Origin: Paraphysomonas bandaiensis
Lineage: Eukaryota > Protista > Chrysophyceae
Direction of reading: 5' to 3'
DNA: 64,000 bases
Assembly (NCBI GenBank): GCA_965644295.1
Contig: CBFFRP010000577.1
Coordinates: forward strand, 125,072 to 189,071
The translations under genes and the position numbers were made by a program. Positions 1 through 12,877 of the stretch are shown one piece after another (within the stretch, counting starts at the first letter, position 1; the number at the start of each line of letters is the position of its first letter). Under the pieces are notes generated by a model. The model was given only the letters and a program-made list of their open reading frames with translations, had not been told where the DNA came from and did no database searches.

Positions 1-552
1 GCCAATAGAACGCATGATTGAAGCTCTGCGCAGCGTTGTTAAACAACCCCTGGTTGGTACCTACATAAATATATAAATCCGAATGTTCTTGATGAAAGTG
101 TCGATGAAGTGGAATAATACCGTATGATTTTCTGAGGATCTGCACAATATCCATGCCTTCCATGTTAGTTCCTTCAATCATCGAATTGGTGGTATCAACA
201 TACTGTGTATAGTTTTAAAAACTCATACTCTATACTGCATCATGACCTTGGCGTGATGTTTGTCGTGGTGGATGCGCAGTGTCTGCTCCCCTATATGGGG
301 CTCCAGAGCATCATACGCATACGGCAGAGGCGGCAGGTGAACTTTCTGCTATCATCATCAGCAGCAGCAGTAGGTATAGTTATAATAATAGCCCGCAGCA
401 TGAGCACTATCAGTACATATATATAGGCGCATGGGATCACTTGCCTGAATATCTGCACTGCCATCAGACCGCACGCTGAACATGCGGGGCTGGGCGCGGG
501 ACATGCTGATGGAGGCGGCCACAGAGAGTAGAATGAATGGGGTGAATAGCAT
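1..552 (-). CDS. Fe-type superoxide dismutase, 5' part, multi-exon, with an N-terminal hydrophobic leader; continues beyond the window start
   Basis: Spliced minus-strand translation gives [31 protein letters not shown]|YVDTTN...|[20 protein letters not shown]. These are Fe/Mn-SOD motifs, and NNAAQ is the Fe-type signature. Exon 1 begins [18 protein letters not shown]. Confidence 0.9.
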
Positions 553-1025
553 GTTTGGTGTTGGTAGGTTACGCTGCTGTTAGTGTTGAATTAATCTGCG
601 AGTTCACTGTATGGAAAAGGCTGGAGTTTGTAGGTATGTACAGCAGAGCAGAGCACCCGTACAGCATGTACAGTACTGTATATCCATATACAAACAGAGA
701 CATGATTCGTTCCGATATCAGGATATGAAAGTGACTTCTATCTACACGCAATACCCGGTATACCTATACATACAGTACTGTATTTCTGAAGGCAGGTATA
801 CCATATATGCCAGTAGGAAGTGAGGCAGGGGCGCTATTTCTGCTGGTGCTGATGTACACTGAACATGCACACCTCTCGGCTCTCATATACCGCCGTGTAG
901 GAATAATAGCTACAAGTCTGTGTGTATGTATCCCACACGAGAACAGAAGATGAAAAGCAAGATGCTGAGAACCATAAGTAGCAGCAGCCCCCTCACCATC
1001 ATGAGTGACCGCTAGTCTCAGTGAT

Positions 1026-4000
1026 ATGTCTCTATTGGGTCTAGTGGAGCGGGCTAGTGAGTTTATATCTCTGTGTGGTGGAGAGGGAGTTGAGTGGTCT
1101 GATGTCGTCGCTGTTATCCCCATGCTAACCTCTCGAATACAACTACGAGTGAGAGAATGTTTGACTCGAAGGAGTTTCGTGTTTCATCAGTCAGAAGATA
1201 CGCAGCAAGGTTCAGAAGGATCGTTAAAGGTGTTCGCCCCTGAGTATGAGATTTACTCTCGACTTGGCATCACATCTCCTCTTGAAGTGCCTCCAGATGC
1301 TGTATTGAATCTATTGCAGCTTGTAGGTAAAAGTGGAGCTCGCGGCTTACTGATTAGTGAAGTATCAGAGTTGACGAACTTGAACTTTATCCACTCCATC
1401 GTGGACAAATTAGTCGTTGCAAATCTTGTGATTAAGACATCTATTGCTCCCGATAAAAATGCACACTCACCGCGGTACTCATGTCGAACTACAGTTTTAC
1501 ATTTACCCCGATTTGTTTCCTTGTATGATCCATCTGAAGACGGTATGTGCATTACAGGGGACGACCACTTCGAAACGATGCACAACTATATTTGTAATCT
1601 CCTTGAAAATAGGGAAAATAAAAGGATCCCTATAAGAGACTTATTTCGCCCCCTCCGTTACAGAGATATATCATCATTATGTCGAAACCTGATTTTGTGT
1701 CAGGCTCACATGAAGGACAGAAACCGTATAGATGTTGTTTCAAGCGACCTGTCCACGACTTCGGGCTCTTTTGATGCCGTCATATCTTATGTCACACTCA
1801 AGGAAAGAGCTGTTGATGAAAACGATGAAGATGATGGTGAAAGGAAGTCCAGAACTCTGTTTGGTATGGGAATTATAGAGCAGGCTGCCTATCGTCTTGG
1901 TACAGCCGAAGGGAGGTTAGTGCCATCAACCGAGTTGAGGAGGCTTGTAGGTATTACGAGAAAGCAAACCGAAGGTGTCATAAAGACTCTTGTCAAGGCA
2001 AATGCTGCTGAAATGCAACTCCGACAGTTAGGAAGGCAGAGGGTGTTTGCACTTAGTGCCCCTCCTTTAGAGAAACGCCCTTCCACTTTGTTTTCTGGGT
2101 GTAGCCTTTCTGGTGACATGATTAATGCTGATGAAAATGCCGTGGACGAATCTTGTATTTCCGGAAAAAGCAGCGGTATTGTGACAATCGATTCGGAGTC
2201 TTTAAGGGAATTACGCAGACGAGTTGTACTTGAAGTTTTGCGGAAGGTGTGTACTCTAATTACACCAATGTAGATATGCTATTACAATGCTTGGTTACAT
2301 GTTAAGTTCATATTAAATTTATTTTTGTCATCTGTTTTGTTCCACCTGTTGCTCACCCATGCACTGCAGTGTGGTGGTATTACTGAGAGTTTAACTTGCG
2401 GGAAAGAGATATCGAAGGCTTATGCATCCGTCAATGCTGGCATCCAACTTTGTGCGAAAACGGTGCAACGCTTATTTCAGACCCTCAGTGAGGAACGAGT
2501 AGTAGTACAGCTTGATAACGTTCCATATTGTGGGAACCCGTTGAAAATAATCCACACTCCAGAATTGGAGAATGTAACAGTTGTATTGGAGGAGTATCTT
2601 CGAGTTCTTACATATGCCAAGAAGTCTCGAAAAAGTATGGTCGACTGTTGGACGGGACGTGAATCTGCTGATGATTTCTTTGAACGTACACGAGAAATAG
2701 ATGAAAATAATAACAATGACGATTCGGAGAATGAGCAGGAGGTATATCGTGGTTATTGGCACCGTGATGTGACTAATGTATATATAGTTTGATTTTGAGC
2801 CTGCGGATGAAAGTAGTAGTTCTCACTTTGATCACATTGACTGGCATATTGAAGATCAGGACCCCTGGAGATGCGAAAGACTTAGTACCGCAGACGAAAT
2901 AGATAAAAGGATAATGCGTACTGAAGGCATTGAGTGCCTGCGGTACGTCACATCGTTGCCAAGCACCCAGTATGTTTCAGATAGGGCTAGTGTTAGGGAC
3001 TATGTTGAAGATGGTGTGAATGGTAGGCATGCATCAGATATTTTGACAGACAACGCCACCTTTCTAGCCCGAATTATGGGCTTACATGTGACACTGGTCA
3101 AACAGGGAAGCAGATACGTCACCGAATTTTGCACTGGGCGACATCGAGGTGCGCCACTTGTATATACTTTCACAGTTGTCAATGCCCTTGAGAGACTGCC
3201 CGTGAGGGTGGTTGCGAAACGATATGGCTTTCCTCCAGATTATGTGAATTTTGTTGAACGCAAAAGTGGTGAGTCGTTTCGCTTAGGTGTTTATAGCTTC
3301 TTTTCGTGAAGTTCTTGTGTTAGCATGAGATATTCTTGCGGATAGAAATGTAGTATGCACGTCATATATTATATACATCATTCCTCCAACGGCTCTAAGC
3401 ATAAAATGTTTTGTTCTTATTCAGACCAATTCCCAAATCTCACGAAAACAGACAAAGTGCTTCTACAGGCTATCAAAAACTCTACTGTATCGCTGGAATA
3501 CCTCCTCTCGCATCCAGTGAGTTCATTTGCGACATTGAAATGCACTATATTTGACTTACTGCCACAGATGTCAACGGTATCGAACCTGGCTAAAAGAATG
3601 TTATCCCACGCATATCAGTCGTTTATATTGGAATTTATCGCTTTAGTGTCATTGGGCATAGTGGAGGTGCCTCTGCTTTCAAGGGATGATAGTTCGAATA
3701 TCACAGAGAAGGTTTTAGTGGAAAATGTATATTTTACTATTGCACTTCGTCCTGTACTTTGCAAACGGACACTTCACACCGAGAAAGAGGTCACAGGCTA
3801 CTGGAATAGCGTCGTAATGCCACATGTAGAGAAAGTTTTGAACGAATCTGTGGTACCGTGTCTGCAAACTGCAGTTACAAGGCAGTACTCCACAATGTTT
3901 CCTCAGTCCTTCAAAGTTGACGAGCTACCACCACTCGATAAAACTGACTCAAAGTGCAGAGGAAAACGGGAAAAGAAGAGGAAAAGACAGTCGAAAAACA

Positions 4001-6628
4001 AGCGGTCTAAGCGGAGGGCGTTGTCACACGATGCATACTACCAGGTAAGCCTCTGCTTCTATTGATGACAATTTTACATGAATTCAGAGTCACGAATAAA
4101 CATATTCAGTGTTAATGTGCTATATAATTTTCTTCATATGTAATTGTCATGTGTAAATATGAATTATATTGTATACAGGAGGCAGATGCTATGCGCGTCG
4201 CTGTGTGGGAATATTTTAAGCAGCGTGCGATACATCTTCCCCCTGTGCTCCAAGAAAATATGCCGGGGGTACCATTTGGGGAAGGTACTAGTGATAAAGG
4301 TAAAAGCGACAGCGGAGGGAATTCGTCACATATAGGCCTAGTGGACGTGGAGCATGTTGCATCACCAGCATCGTCTGACCCCTTTGCACTTACCTACGAG
4401 TGGCATCACCCTTATCGACAGCTGCTACGAAGTAACTATGAGGTGAAAATGGTGATACGATAGAGACAACTTTGTTTTAACTATACTTTGGCACCACAGG
4501 ACCTCGATATTCTGGAGGCATTTTTGCCGTACCGAAAGTATTGGAAAGTTGGTCGAATTCTATGTCGGCGGCTGCCTCAACTTCTGGGTAGATATTGGTA
4601 TTTTGCTCTGACTTGCTCATTTTCGATATGATGAGTTTGGATTATGTTCAGTACTTTACGTAAAGCACTAGCGAAGATATTGTCATCGTTGGATCTGTCG
4701 CATTTGGAGAATGAAATCGTTCCCACTGATTGGGACAGCCAATATGGTGATGAGGCACCTGGTCAAGACTCCTCGGAGCAAGTCCGTAGAAGGGGTCAGA
4801 TTGCAGAGGTTTTGAATGATGTAATTGACACAGATAGATATTATGAAGCATCTATGCGCACTGGCCGGAGGGTAGAACATGCCGCGATGACGAGAACGCT
4901 GCAGGTGAGGCACATGCTGTGCCGTATATGACCTATGACGCTGTTTTCGTAGATATACACATCACAGAATCGTGTGTTGAAGTTTTTTCTTCCAACAGAC
5001 AGTACAGACGCTGTAGATGAAACTGCCGAAGAAGAGGAAAACGTTACTGAATTAGATTTTCGACGAGATGCTATGAGCCTGCTAGAGTTTCCTCTTGAAG
5101 TGGCCATCAGGTCGCACAGAGAACTATACGGTAAAAAATGGATTACGAGGCATACGAATGGAAATAAGGTGTGAATTTGACATGGCCATTTAGCAGGTCT
5201 AAATTTGAATGTAGGGTAAAACTTCACTCAATAAATTTAAGTTAGAAAAAAGATTTTCCCACCCTTTAACAACTGGTATGATAAATCTATGGGTGATGTT
5301 ATACGTTCTATCGACGTGCATTATGTATCAGCAAAAGACTGTATTTCTTAATATATCGTTTAGGATATACAAATGTTCACTGTGTCGTGGTGAGGTGTAA
5401 TGCTATTGCATTAGGTATAACAGGGATATTTGGGCGCATTCTTCAGACATCTACGGAAGAAGGTATTTGTTCCGCACCACCCGTAACTTTGGCTCCCCAC
5501 AACCACGTGTCGGATACATCTGATGTGATGTCGCCTACTGAATTGCTGGCCATATTACATGTGTTCGCTTCCAGTGGAGGCATATTTGACAGAGCTGTTT
5601 TGAATATTTCGAATTGTAGTCGTCAGAAAGAAGGTGGTGATACGAATGAAAATGGCGTCGAAGGTGAAACATTGAGAGGTCATGAGAGTACTGGATTTGC
5701 GTCGGTGAGCATGGGGGCTCGTCTACCGCCGGATGCACACTGTTGTATACTCTCTGATGATTCGAGAAGAGGTGATACTCATGCACACCTGGAGTGCAGA
5801 GTATGTTCACACTATGAAGCAGAGACTTGTTCAGAGGAGACAAAGAGGCGATGCTGCACGCGTATTATTAAAAAGCCACTCTTGAGAGAGCATGTTGGGA
5901 ACCTGTCCACCCTATTAAATAAAGTATGGGGAGAGATTGATCACTGTTTTGTGTCAACACCCCGAAGCAATGTTGATAGTTCTAGAAAATCTGTTGTTGC
6001 TTCCGCTTGTGATTTGTCCAGTGCTAATGGAGATTCGATTGCTGATTTGGCGAGAACTGTATTAAATCTGTGTGGAAGTATAGATGGTGCTTCTTTAGAA
6101 GAAATTGTAGCAGGTACAGGTTGTGCTTATTCTCTAGAGCGCATTGTGTCTTATGTAGATATGGCTTCCAAGCAAGGAAGCCTCTTGTGCGTTCCACACT
6201 ACGATATGTATTATACGTACCAGCCGTTTTATATCTTGCCCAAGTACCGAGCCCTATACTTCATAGGTGACTGGCAAGGGTCCTGGGGCGAAGAAAGGTA
6301 CAAGCCGCATCCCGACGAACGTTTGTGTCCATGGCTACAACTCAATGGTACTCGTAACATTCCCTTTTACGACGCCCTTCGCTCAAGGGTAGTGTCCACT
6401 CTCATCACGAAGCCGAATTGTACGATATCCACCATCCATGCTAACCTACCTATGCTATCATGCACACATATGTGTATCTTTTTAGACTGTCTCGTGCGCG
6501 AAAAGACTGTCATAGAGAGACGCTGTACCAACGACACTGCACTGGAGAACGTATTCGACGAGCCTGGTGTGTCTAGTGCTGATACTCCCTTTACATCTTA
6601 TTCTATTAGTCCGGAAATATGGATGTAA
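1026..6628 (+). CDS. GTF3C1: Probable RNA polymerase III transcription factor TFIIIC subunit 1 (B-block binding subunit), multi-exon
   Basis: Chain of + ORFs separated by short GT-AG introns. N-terminal LVERASEFISLCGGEGV and LLQLVGKSGARGLL, and C-terminal PWLQLNGTRN...ALRSRVVSTLITKPN, resemble the conserved ends of Tfc3/Sfc3/GTF3C1. First in-frame ATG is at 1026. Confidence 0.6.
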
Positions 6629-7009
6629 AACGAGGTTTAGTGTCGATGTAGCTGATATTTGTTTGACACTTTTTTTTTCGCCAAGTAATAGCTGGAGCAT
6701 GGAATGCGATATTGATCATAGCCACACTATCTATAGACATGTACTCATAGCTATTCATGACATGTGCTCCTAGTTGTTGATTTAATATTGTAGAGGATAT
6801 GGTTAAGTGGGAATCGCACAGAATAGTTGGTCTGTTTTGAAGACACGGGCTGTAGAGTTGATTCCATGGTCATGACTGTCATATACCACAATAGGACTCT
6901 TAGGGTAATGTTTTCGGGTTATATTGCGACTATGTATAATTTAATGATGAGATACAGCGCATATGAAGAAGTTCATACTTCTGAGCTGAGCAGTAGAGGG
7001 ACTCACATT

Positions 7010-7240
7010 TTGTTGATTTTTGCTGTTTGTGAGCAATTAAAAGCTTTATTTCTAAGGTATTTGAATTATGACCGTTTCTTGAAGAACACAGCAGTGGTTA
7101 ACAGCGTTGCATGATATAATCATATGATAGGGATAATAGTAGTGAAACTAAAATATATTTACTGGCTGTATAAGATCGAGAGATCGAGTTTACCTAAGAT
7201 CTGATAATGTTGATTGGTAGTTGAGAGAATGTATTTATAG
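7010..7240. repeat. Dispersed repeat family B (unclassified); other copies at ~52130-52320 (same strand) and ~38775-38920 (inverted)
   Basis: TGCTGTTT..GCAATTAAAAGCT...TCTAAG..ATT...GGTTAAC... and TATAAGATCG...TGGTAGT are shared with the copy at 52141, and the reverse complement occurs at 38780-38915. Confidence 0.55.
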
Positions 7241-7267
7241 CGAACATCAATGCATGGTGAGAGAAGT

Positions 7268-7790
7268 AGTGAATGTCTGATTATCAGCTATAGGCGTGTA
7301 AGTGTCAGGAGAACTAGTAATGTAACAAAGCAAACAATTTAACTAACTAGTGCTTAACCCTAGTAGTGAATGTCTTGTTATTAGTAATAGGCGTGGAACA
7401 TGAAGAGTCAGAACTAATGTAGCAAAACAATTTAACTAACATGTGTTTAACTCTGATATCCTACTATTTAAGGCTACGAAATCTGCTTGTGCGTCACCTC
7501 AAGCACCAAGGTGCAGCCACTATTGCTCTATCGCTCAAAACAAACGCACTGAGTAAGAAGAATGTTGAAATATCTGACATCTGCTGTCTTCAGGAAGTGC
7601 TTAACTCGGATATCCTACTATTTTACGCTACGACTGCTGCTTGTGCGTCACCGCATGGAACAAGGTGCATCCACAAGCAAATGCAGTGAGCAAGCAGAAT
7701 GTTGATATATATACCTAACATCTGCTAACAGCAGAATTTTTGAGTCCTGAAGGCAAACAGTCCGGATGTACTACTATTTTGAGTTCAGAA
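7268..7790 (-). mobile_element. Cluster of three partial SINE-like/LINE-tail copies
   Basis: GTGAATGTC...ATAGGCGT at ~7270 and ~7367, and GCTACGA..TGCTTGTGCGTCACC...CAAGGTGCA at ~7473 and ~7628, match the 3' tail of the retroelement at 43192-43375. Confidence 0.75.
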
Positions 7791-9257
7791 TGAACATCTG
7801 CGAAATTTAGTAGATTTAAAATTACACCGCTAATGTGAGCATTCTGTTTAACCCAATTCAGGGCAAGAAGCATTTTTTTTATAACGAAATGGGGATATTG
7901 TTATATTTAACCACAGGTAATAAGAAGGCAGTATATTCCCACGCTCTATATTTTAAAACAAGGGTCGATACTCCTTAACCCTAGGTTACATTGTAGCTTA
8001 TCCCCATCATGTTTTAAACCAAATATCTATAATGCAGAGCTATTTGTAGCTTCCATGCAATAAGAAGAAATAAGTGTTAAATGCTTAACATGAAGAAACA
8101 AATGAAAACTAATATGTTGTTTGACTTAATGTTATGCATACTGGCTGTGTATACTTTGGGATCAACTCACACAATAACCCCCCATATTTCTATAATAGCT
8201 GCAACAAATTTACTCTTACTACAGAAGGGTACTGAGGGTATAGTGTGGTAATGAATATTAAAAGACATACATATTACTGTCAATACCATAATTAACTTAG
8301 AAGAGAGCTCTATTGAACCCAATTCAGGTATGTATTATACAACAAGTCGATGAGATCATCACACCTTGGTGAAGCGGTTACCTGGTGCAACTTTGATAAT
8401 GTTGATTTACGTTCAGTTAATGATATATTTTACAATAAATCACTTTACCAGGTTCATAATCACATCGACTAAATATTCGGTTCAAGATGAAGAAGACAAG
8501 AATGATACCTATGCCAGTGACCAACAATCAACGATACTTCAAGTATTCTGCCGGAGAATTGTAAGGCCACAGCTGCCGTGGAGCGAATTTGCAGCAGTCG
8601 TACCAAGTCTACTTACCTAACCTCAATGAAAAGTGACTGAGTGCTCTCACCTGTAACTTTCCTTGAGAGATGATTGATAGCACACCCGACAAGAGCAAAA
8701 AAGCGTTTCAAAGTAAAATAAATATTCATACTACTGTACTTATAAACTTTAAAACTCAAGTGATCATTTTAATAATATTTCGTCTTCCAATACCTACACA
8801 ATAAACTTATTCAAATATTTTCTTTTTCCTAATTAAACATAGCAGGTAAAATGGGCTCGAAAAATCAGCATCATTATCATGCCCAAGTGAAAAGCAGCCG
8901 CAAACAAAGAGGGATACGTTACTCGTACTTATCGATATCTGGAAAATCGAAAAAGCCTCTTGAGTCATAGTACCCGGAGAACTCCGAGTTCTGAATCGCA
9001 GCACCCCGTATATTGGACCAATTGCGTCGAGCTGAGAAACCGCCTAAACGAGAAGAGGATGAGCGATACAGTACTATAGAACAGTCACTGAATACTGCAA
9101 CACCACTGGTAAAGTAATATATAGATGTAACACTCATTTAAATCTTACATGCATAAATATAAGTAAACTTACTCAGCGATGAACACAATGACACATACAG
9201 TGAACACGAAAGTATGTACAGCTTAACTTCCGTATGTGTTGGACTCCTACTCCGCTA

Positions 9258-10090
9258 GAGTACATCACATCACAGTATGAGTACATCACATCACAGTATG
9301 AGTACACATCACAGTATGAGTACATCACATCACAGTATGAGTACATCACATCACAGTATGAGTACACATCACAGTATGAGTACATCACATCACAGTATGA
9401 GTACACATCACAGTATGAGTACATCACATCACAGTATGAGTACACATCACAGTATGAGTACATCACATCACAGTATGAGTACATCACATCACAGTATGAG
9501 TACACATCACAGTATGAGTACATCACATCACAGTATGAGTACATCACATCACAGTATGAGTACATCACATCACAGTATGAGTACATCACATCACAGTATG
9601 AGTACACATCACAGTATGAGTACATCACATCACAGTATGAGTACACATCACAGTATGAGTACATCACATCACAGTATGAGTACACATCACAGTATGAGTA
9701 CATCACATCACAGTATGAGTACATCACATCACAGTATGAGTACACATCACAGTATGAGTACATCACATCACAGTATGAGTACATCACATCACAGTATGAG
9801 TACATCACATCACAGTATGAGTACACATCACAGTATGAGTACATCACATCACAGTATGAGTATATCACATCACAGTATGAGTACATCACATCACAGTATG
9901 AGTACATCACATCACAGTATGAGTACATCACATCACAGTATGAGTACATCACATCACAGTATGAGTACATCACATCACAGTATGAGTATATCACATCACA
10001 GTATGAGTACATCACATCACAGTATGAGTACATCACATCACAGTATGAGTACACATCACAGTATGAGTACATCACATCACAGTATGAGTA
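9258..10090. repeat. Minisatellite of interspersed 21-bp (GAGTACATCACATCACAGTAT) and 18-bp (GAGTACACATCACAGTAT) units
   Basis: Directly visible tandem array of roughly 40 units. Confidence 0.97.
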
Positions 10091-10605
10091 TCGTATGGAG
10101 ATCAACGCATGATTCCACCTGACATCACTGCGATCATGAGTACAGCCACACCGCCCGCCGCAAGCGGTTTCCAGTTCTTCTTCATTTGACTGGCGAACAT
10201 GTTTGTAGAGAGGATTGTTGTAATGTACGTATCAACACTGTGTGGTGTTACTGAACTGTGTGATATGAAGCTATCCGACTGCAGTCAGTCGCATGTCAGA
10301 ACAAAGTGATGAGGAGATTCGCTGACGTTCTGTTGAACTTCACCCTCATTCCAGAAATGAGAATACCATTGAATACGTTTCTAATACAGTGTATTATATA
10401 TATGTATACCATATACCAGTATAGAGTGCACTTTTTGTGCGAAGACTAAAAATCGGAAAATCATGCACAAAAAGATCAAAAATAACAGTTTTTATGGGTA
10501 TAATATGACGGTGTGTGCAAGTGGTGTACACTGCAGGGTAAAATAAAATACGTGCAAGTGACAGCTTTAATTAACCTTCACGCATATATATTCCAGTACG
10601 GTGTC

Positions 10606-11831
10606 ATGCTAGCTGACAAATCCCCTCAAACAGAGGTAATCATCCACCCACTGGTGCTGCTCTCAGTGGCCGATCACTACAACCGTGTCGCCAAAGATAC
10701 CCGTAAGCGTGTAGTGGGTGTGTTGTTAGGCTCCAAATCAAAACATGAAGTCGATGTCACTAACAGCTTCGCTGTTCCATTCGAGGAGGATTTGAGAAAC
10801 CCCTCTGTGTGGTTCCTTGATCATAATTTTTTGGATACAATGTTTTGGATGTTCAAAAAAGTAAATAGTAAGTGTCGTCAGTGTCTGATGCTGAGTTGGT
10901 GTTCATTTTTTGCGTAGCACGAGAAGAAATAGTGGGATTTTACAGTAGCGGGCCGAAGATCCGAGAAAACGATTTGAAGGTAACTATTTCTTTCTAATCC
11001 TATATCCATTGTTTTTGATGCGTCGGTATGTGAAATAGATTGATACTTTGTTTCGAACGTTGGTGAAAGATCCTGTTTTTGTAATTATTGACGTTCGTCC
11101 TGGCGTGGAAGAGATTCCTACTACCGCATATATGGCCATTGAGGAGGTGCAGTCCGAGGGAAAGGAAATTGAGCGTGTTTTCAAGCATATCACTTGTCGT
11201 ATTGAGGCAGAGGAAGCAGAAGAGGTTCGTTTTAATGAATATTAATATGTTTTGCACATTCCCCCCGCGAAGTACTAATAATCGGCGAAATTAACGTGCC
11301 TTTTGAAGAGAGTCGATTATACGGTCGTGAGTGTAACTGTATTATATGTAGGTGGGTGTGGAGCACTTGCTCCGTGATATCAATGATCCATCAACCAGTA
11401 CTCTGGCTATGCAAATAAGGCAAAAGGTTTCAGGACTCACTGGACTTGTCGGTCGACTGGAAGAGATTCGTGCCTACCTCTTGCATGTTATCGAAGGTCG
11501 ACTACCCATGAATAATAAGATTTTGTACAACCTCCAAAACATATTTAACCTTTTGCCAAACCTCAACGTTGAGGAGTTAGTACGGTCCCTGCAAGTGAAG
11601 ACCAACGATATGCACCTTGCGATGTATCTATCTTCCCTTGTTCGGGCAGTGATTGCTTTACATTCGTTGCTGAATAATAAAATTAAGTTCATTGATGTCG
11701 ACGATGTGCTAGACAGGTCAGCTGGAGTTGAGCAGACTGAGAGAGCTAGAGATAAAGAATCTTCCCCGAAATCTCCCAGCAAGGAGGGTAACCAGGTGGA
11801 TACTTCTGACGACAGTAAAATGGAGGAATGA
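10606..11831 (+). CDS. PSMD7: 26S proteasome non-ATPase regulatory subunit Rpn8 (MPN domain), 4 exons
   Basis: [49 protein letters not shown]|[10 protein letters not shown] and [16 protein letters not shown] are diagnostic Rpn8 motifs. GT-AG introns. Confidence 0.97.
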
Positions 11832-12320
11832 AACTGTGGTTGTCATATCTCGTCAAAATTCTGCGCATATATACTGTGGTGAATCTGTAGGGAAAACATG
11901 CTGGTGAGCGATAGTTGCTAATAAAATATTTATTGCTAACCATTAACGAAGCATTTCTGTCTTGCTGAGGACCAACGCAGATATGTACAGATTTTAAATT
12001 TCATACAACTGTACAATGTGCCCTTTATTCGCTCGCGATACTATATGCTACTAGTATATCAGTAGAGTAGGAAGTTGATACTCAGATATGATACTTTATA
12101 CTGTGCTGTTCTATCGTTCTATCTGACCTAGTCCAGAGCAACCGTGTGATACAGCATACAGCTTTTAAAGTGTATTCGTCACTAGCCATAACTAAAATAC
12201 GAACACTACAGTGCTTAATTGTTCAAGTTTGAGCAAAACTCAACAGAGTTTTATTTATGTAGTCCCGTTAGTTTCATATATTAATGACCACAATACATCA
12301 TTCTAGATAAAAGATAAAAG

Positions 12321-12877
12321 TACCCTCACACCTTTTCGTGGTGTGCTGGGGATAAGTACCGGAGAGATTCTCTCTGGGAAACTAACGTGAGCCGCTAACA
12401 TAGTCAGCAGATATTGTTCTATCCACTCATAGCCGAATGCTTGTGTGGTACAAGGGACACCAATAAGTATCACTTGTGTAGACGTCTTTGGGCCTTGACG
12501 AATAAACAGGCATCCGGAAATTGGCCCACCTCAAGGACATCCGGGACAGGGCCCACCTGAAGGGTAACCGCGGTATTGGGCTGCCTGCTGAAGTCAAGCA
12601 TCCGGGATGTTCACCTTAAGGACTCAAAAAACAGAGGTTAGCAGAAGTCAGCTATATCAACATTCTGCTTGCTCACTGCGTTTGCTTTGAGCGATAGAAC
12701 GGAGGTGGTTGCATCTTGGTGCTTGCGGCGACGCACAAGCAGCCTCCGTAGCGTTAAATAGTTGGATAATAGAGTTTGTACTAGTTAGTAACTGGTGGAC
12801 GTCTATCTAGCTTGACTAGCTTTCTTCTAGCTACTGGTGCTGATTCGTAACGCCTATTGCTAATAATAAGACTTTCA
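12321..12877 (+). mobile_element. Longest copy of a non-coding SINE-like retroposon (~560 bp)
   Basis: Head and body are homologous (inverted) to 27340-27510 and 27541-27950. It ends in ACGCCTATTGCTAATAATAAGACTTTCA, like the LINE copies. An imperfect flanking repeat GATAAAA(A)GTAC is present. Confidence 0.75.

Noticed and set aside
8366-9137. Short ORFs with coding-like composition
   Set aside because: No recognisable motif or consistent exon chain; possibly decayed TE or gene sequence.
9173-10122. ORFs of 281-310 aa (YSYCDVM, YITSQYE and STSHHSM repeats), and a possible CRISPR-like array
   Set aside because: They are by-products of a minisatellite whose units are multiples of 3. There is no synonymous variation and there are no unique spacers.
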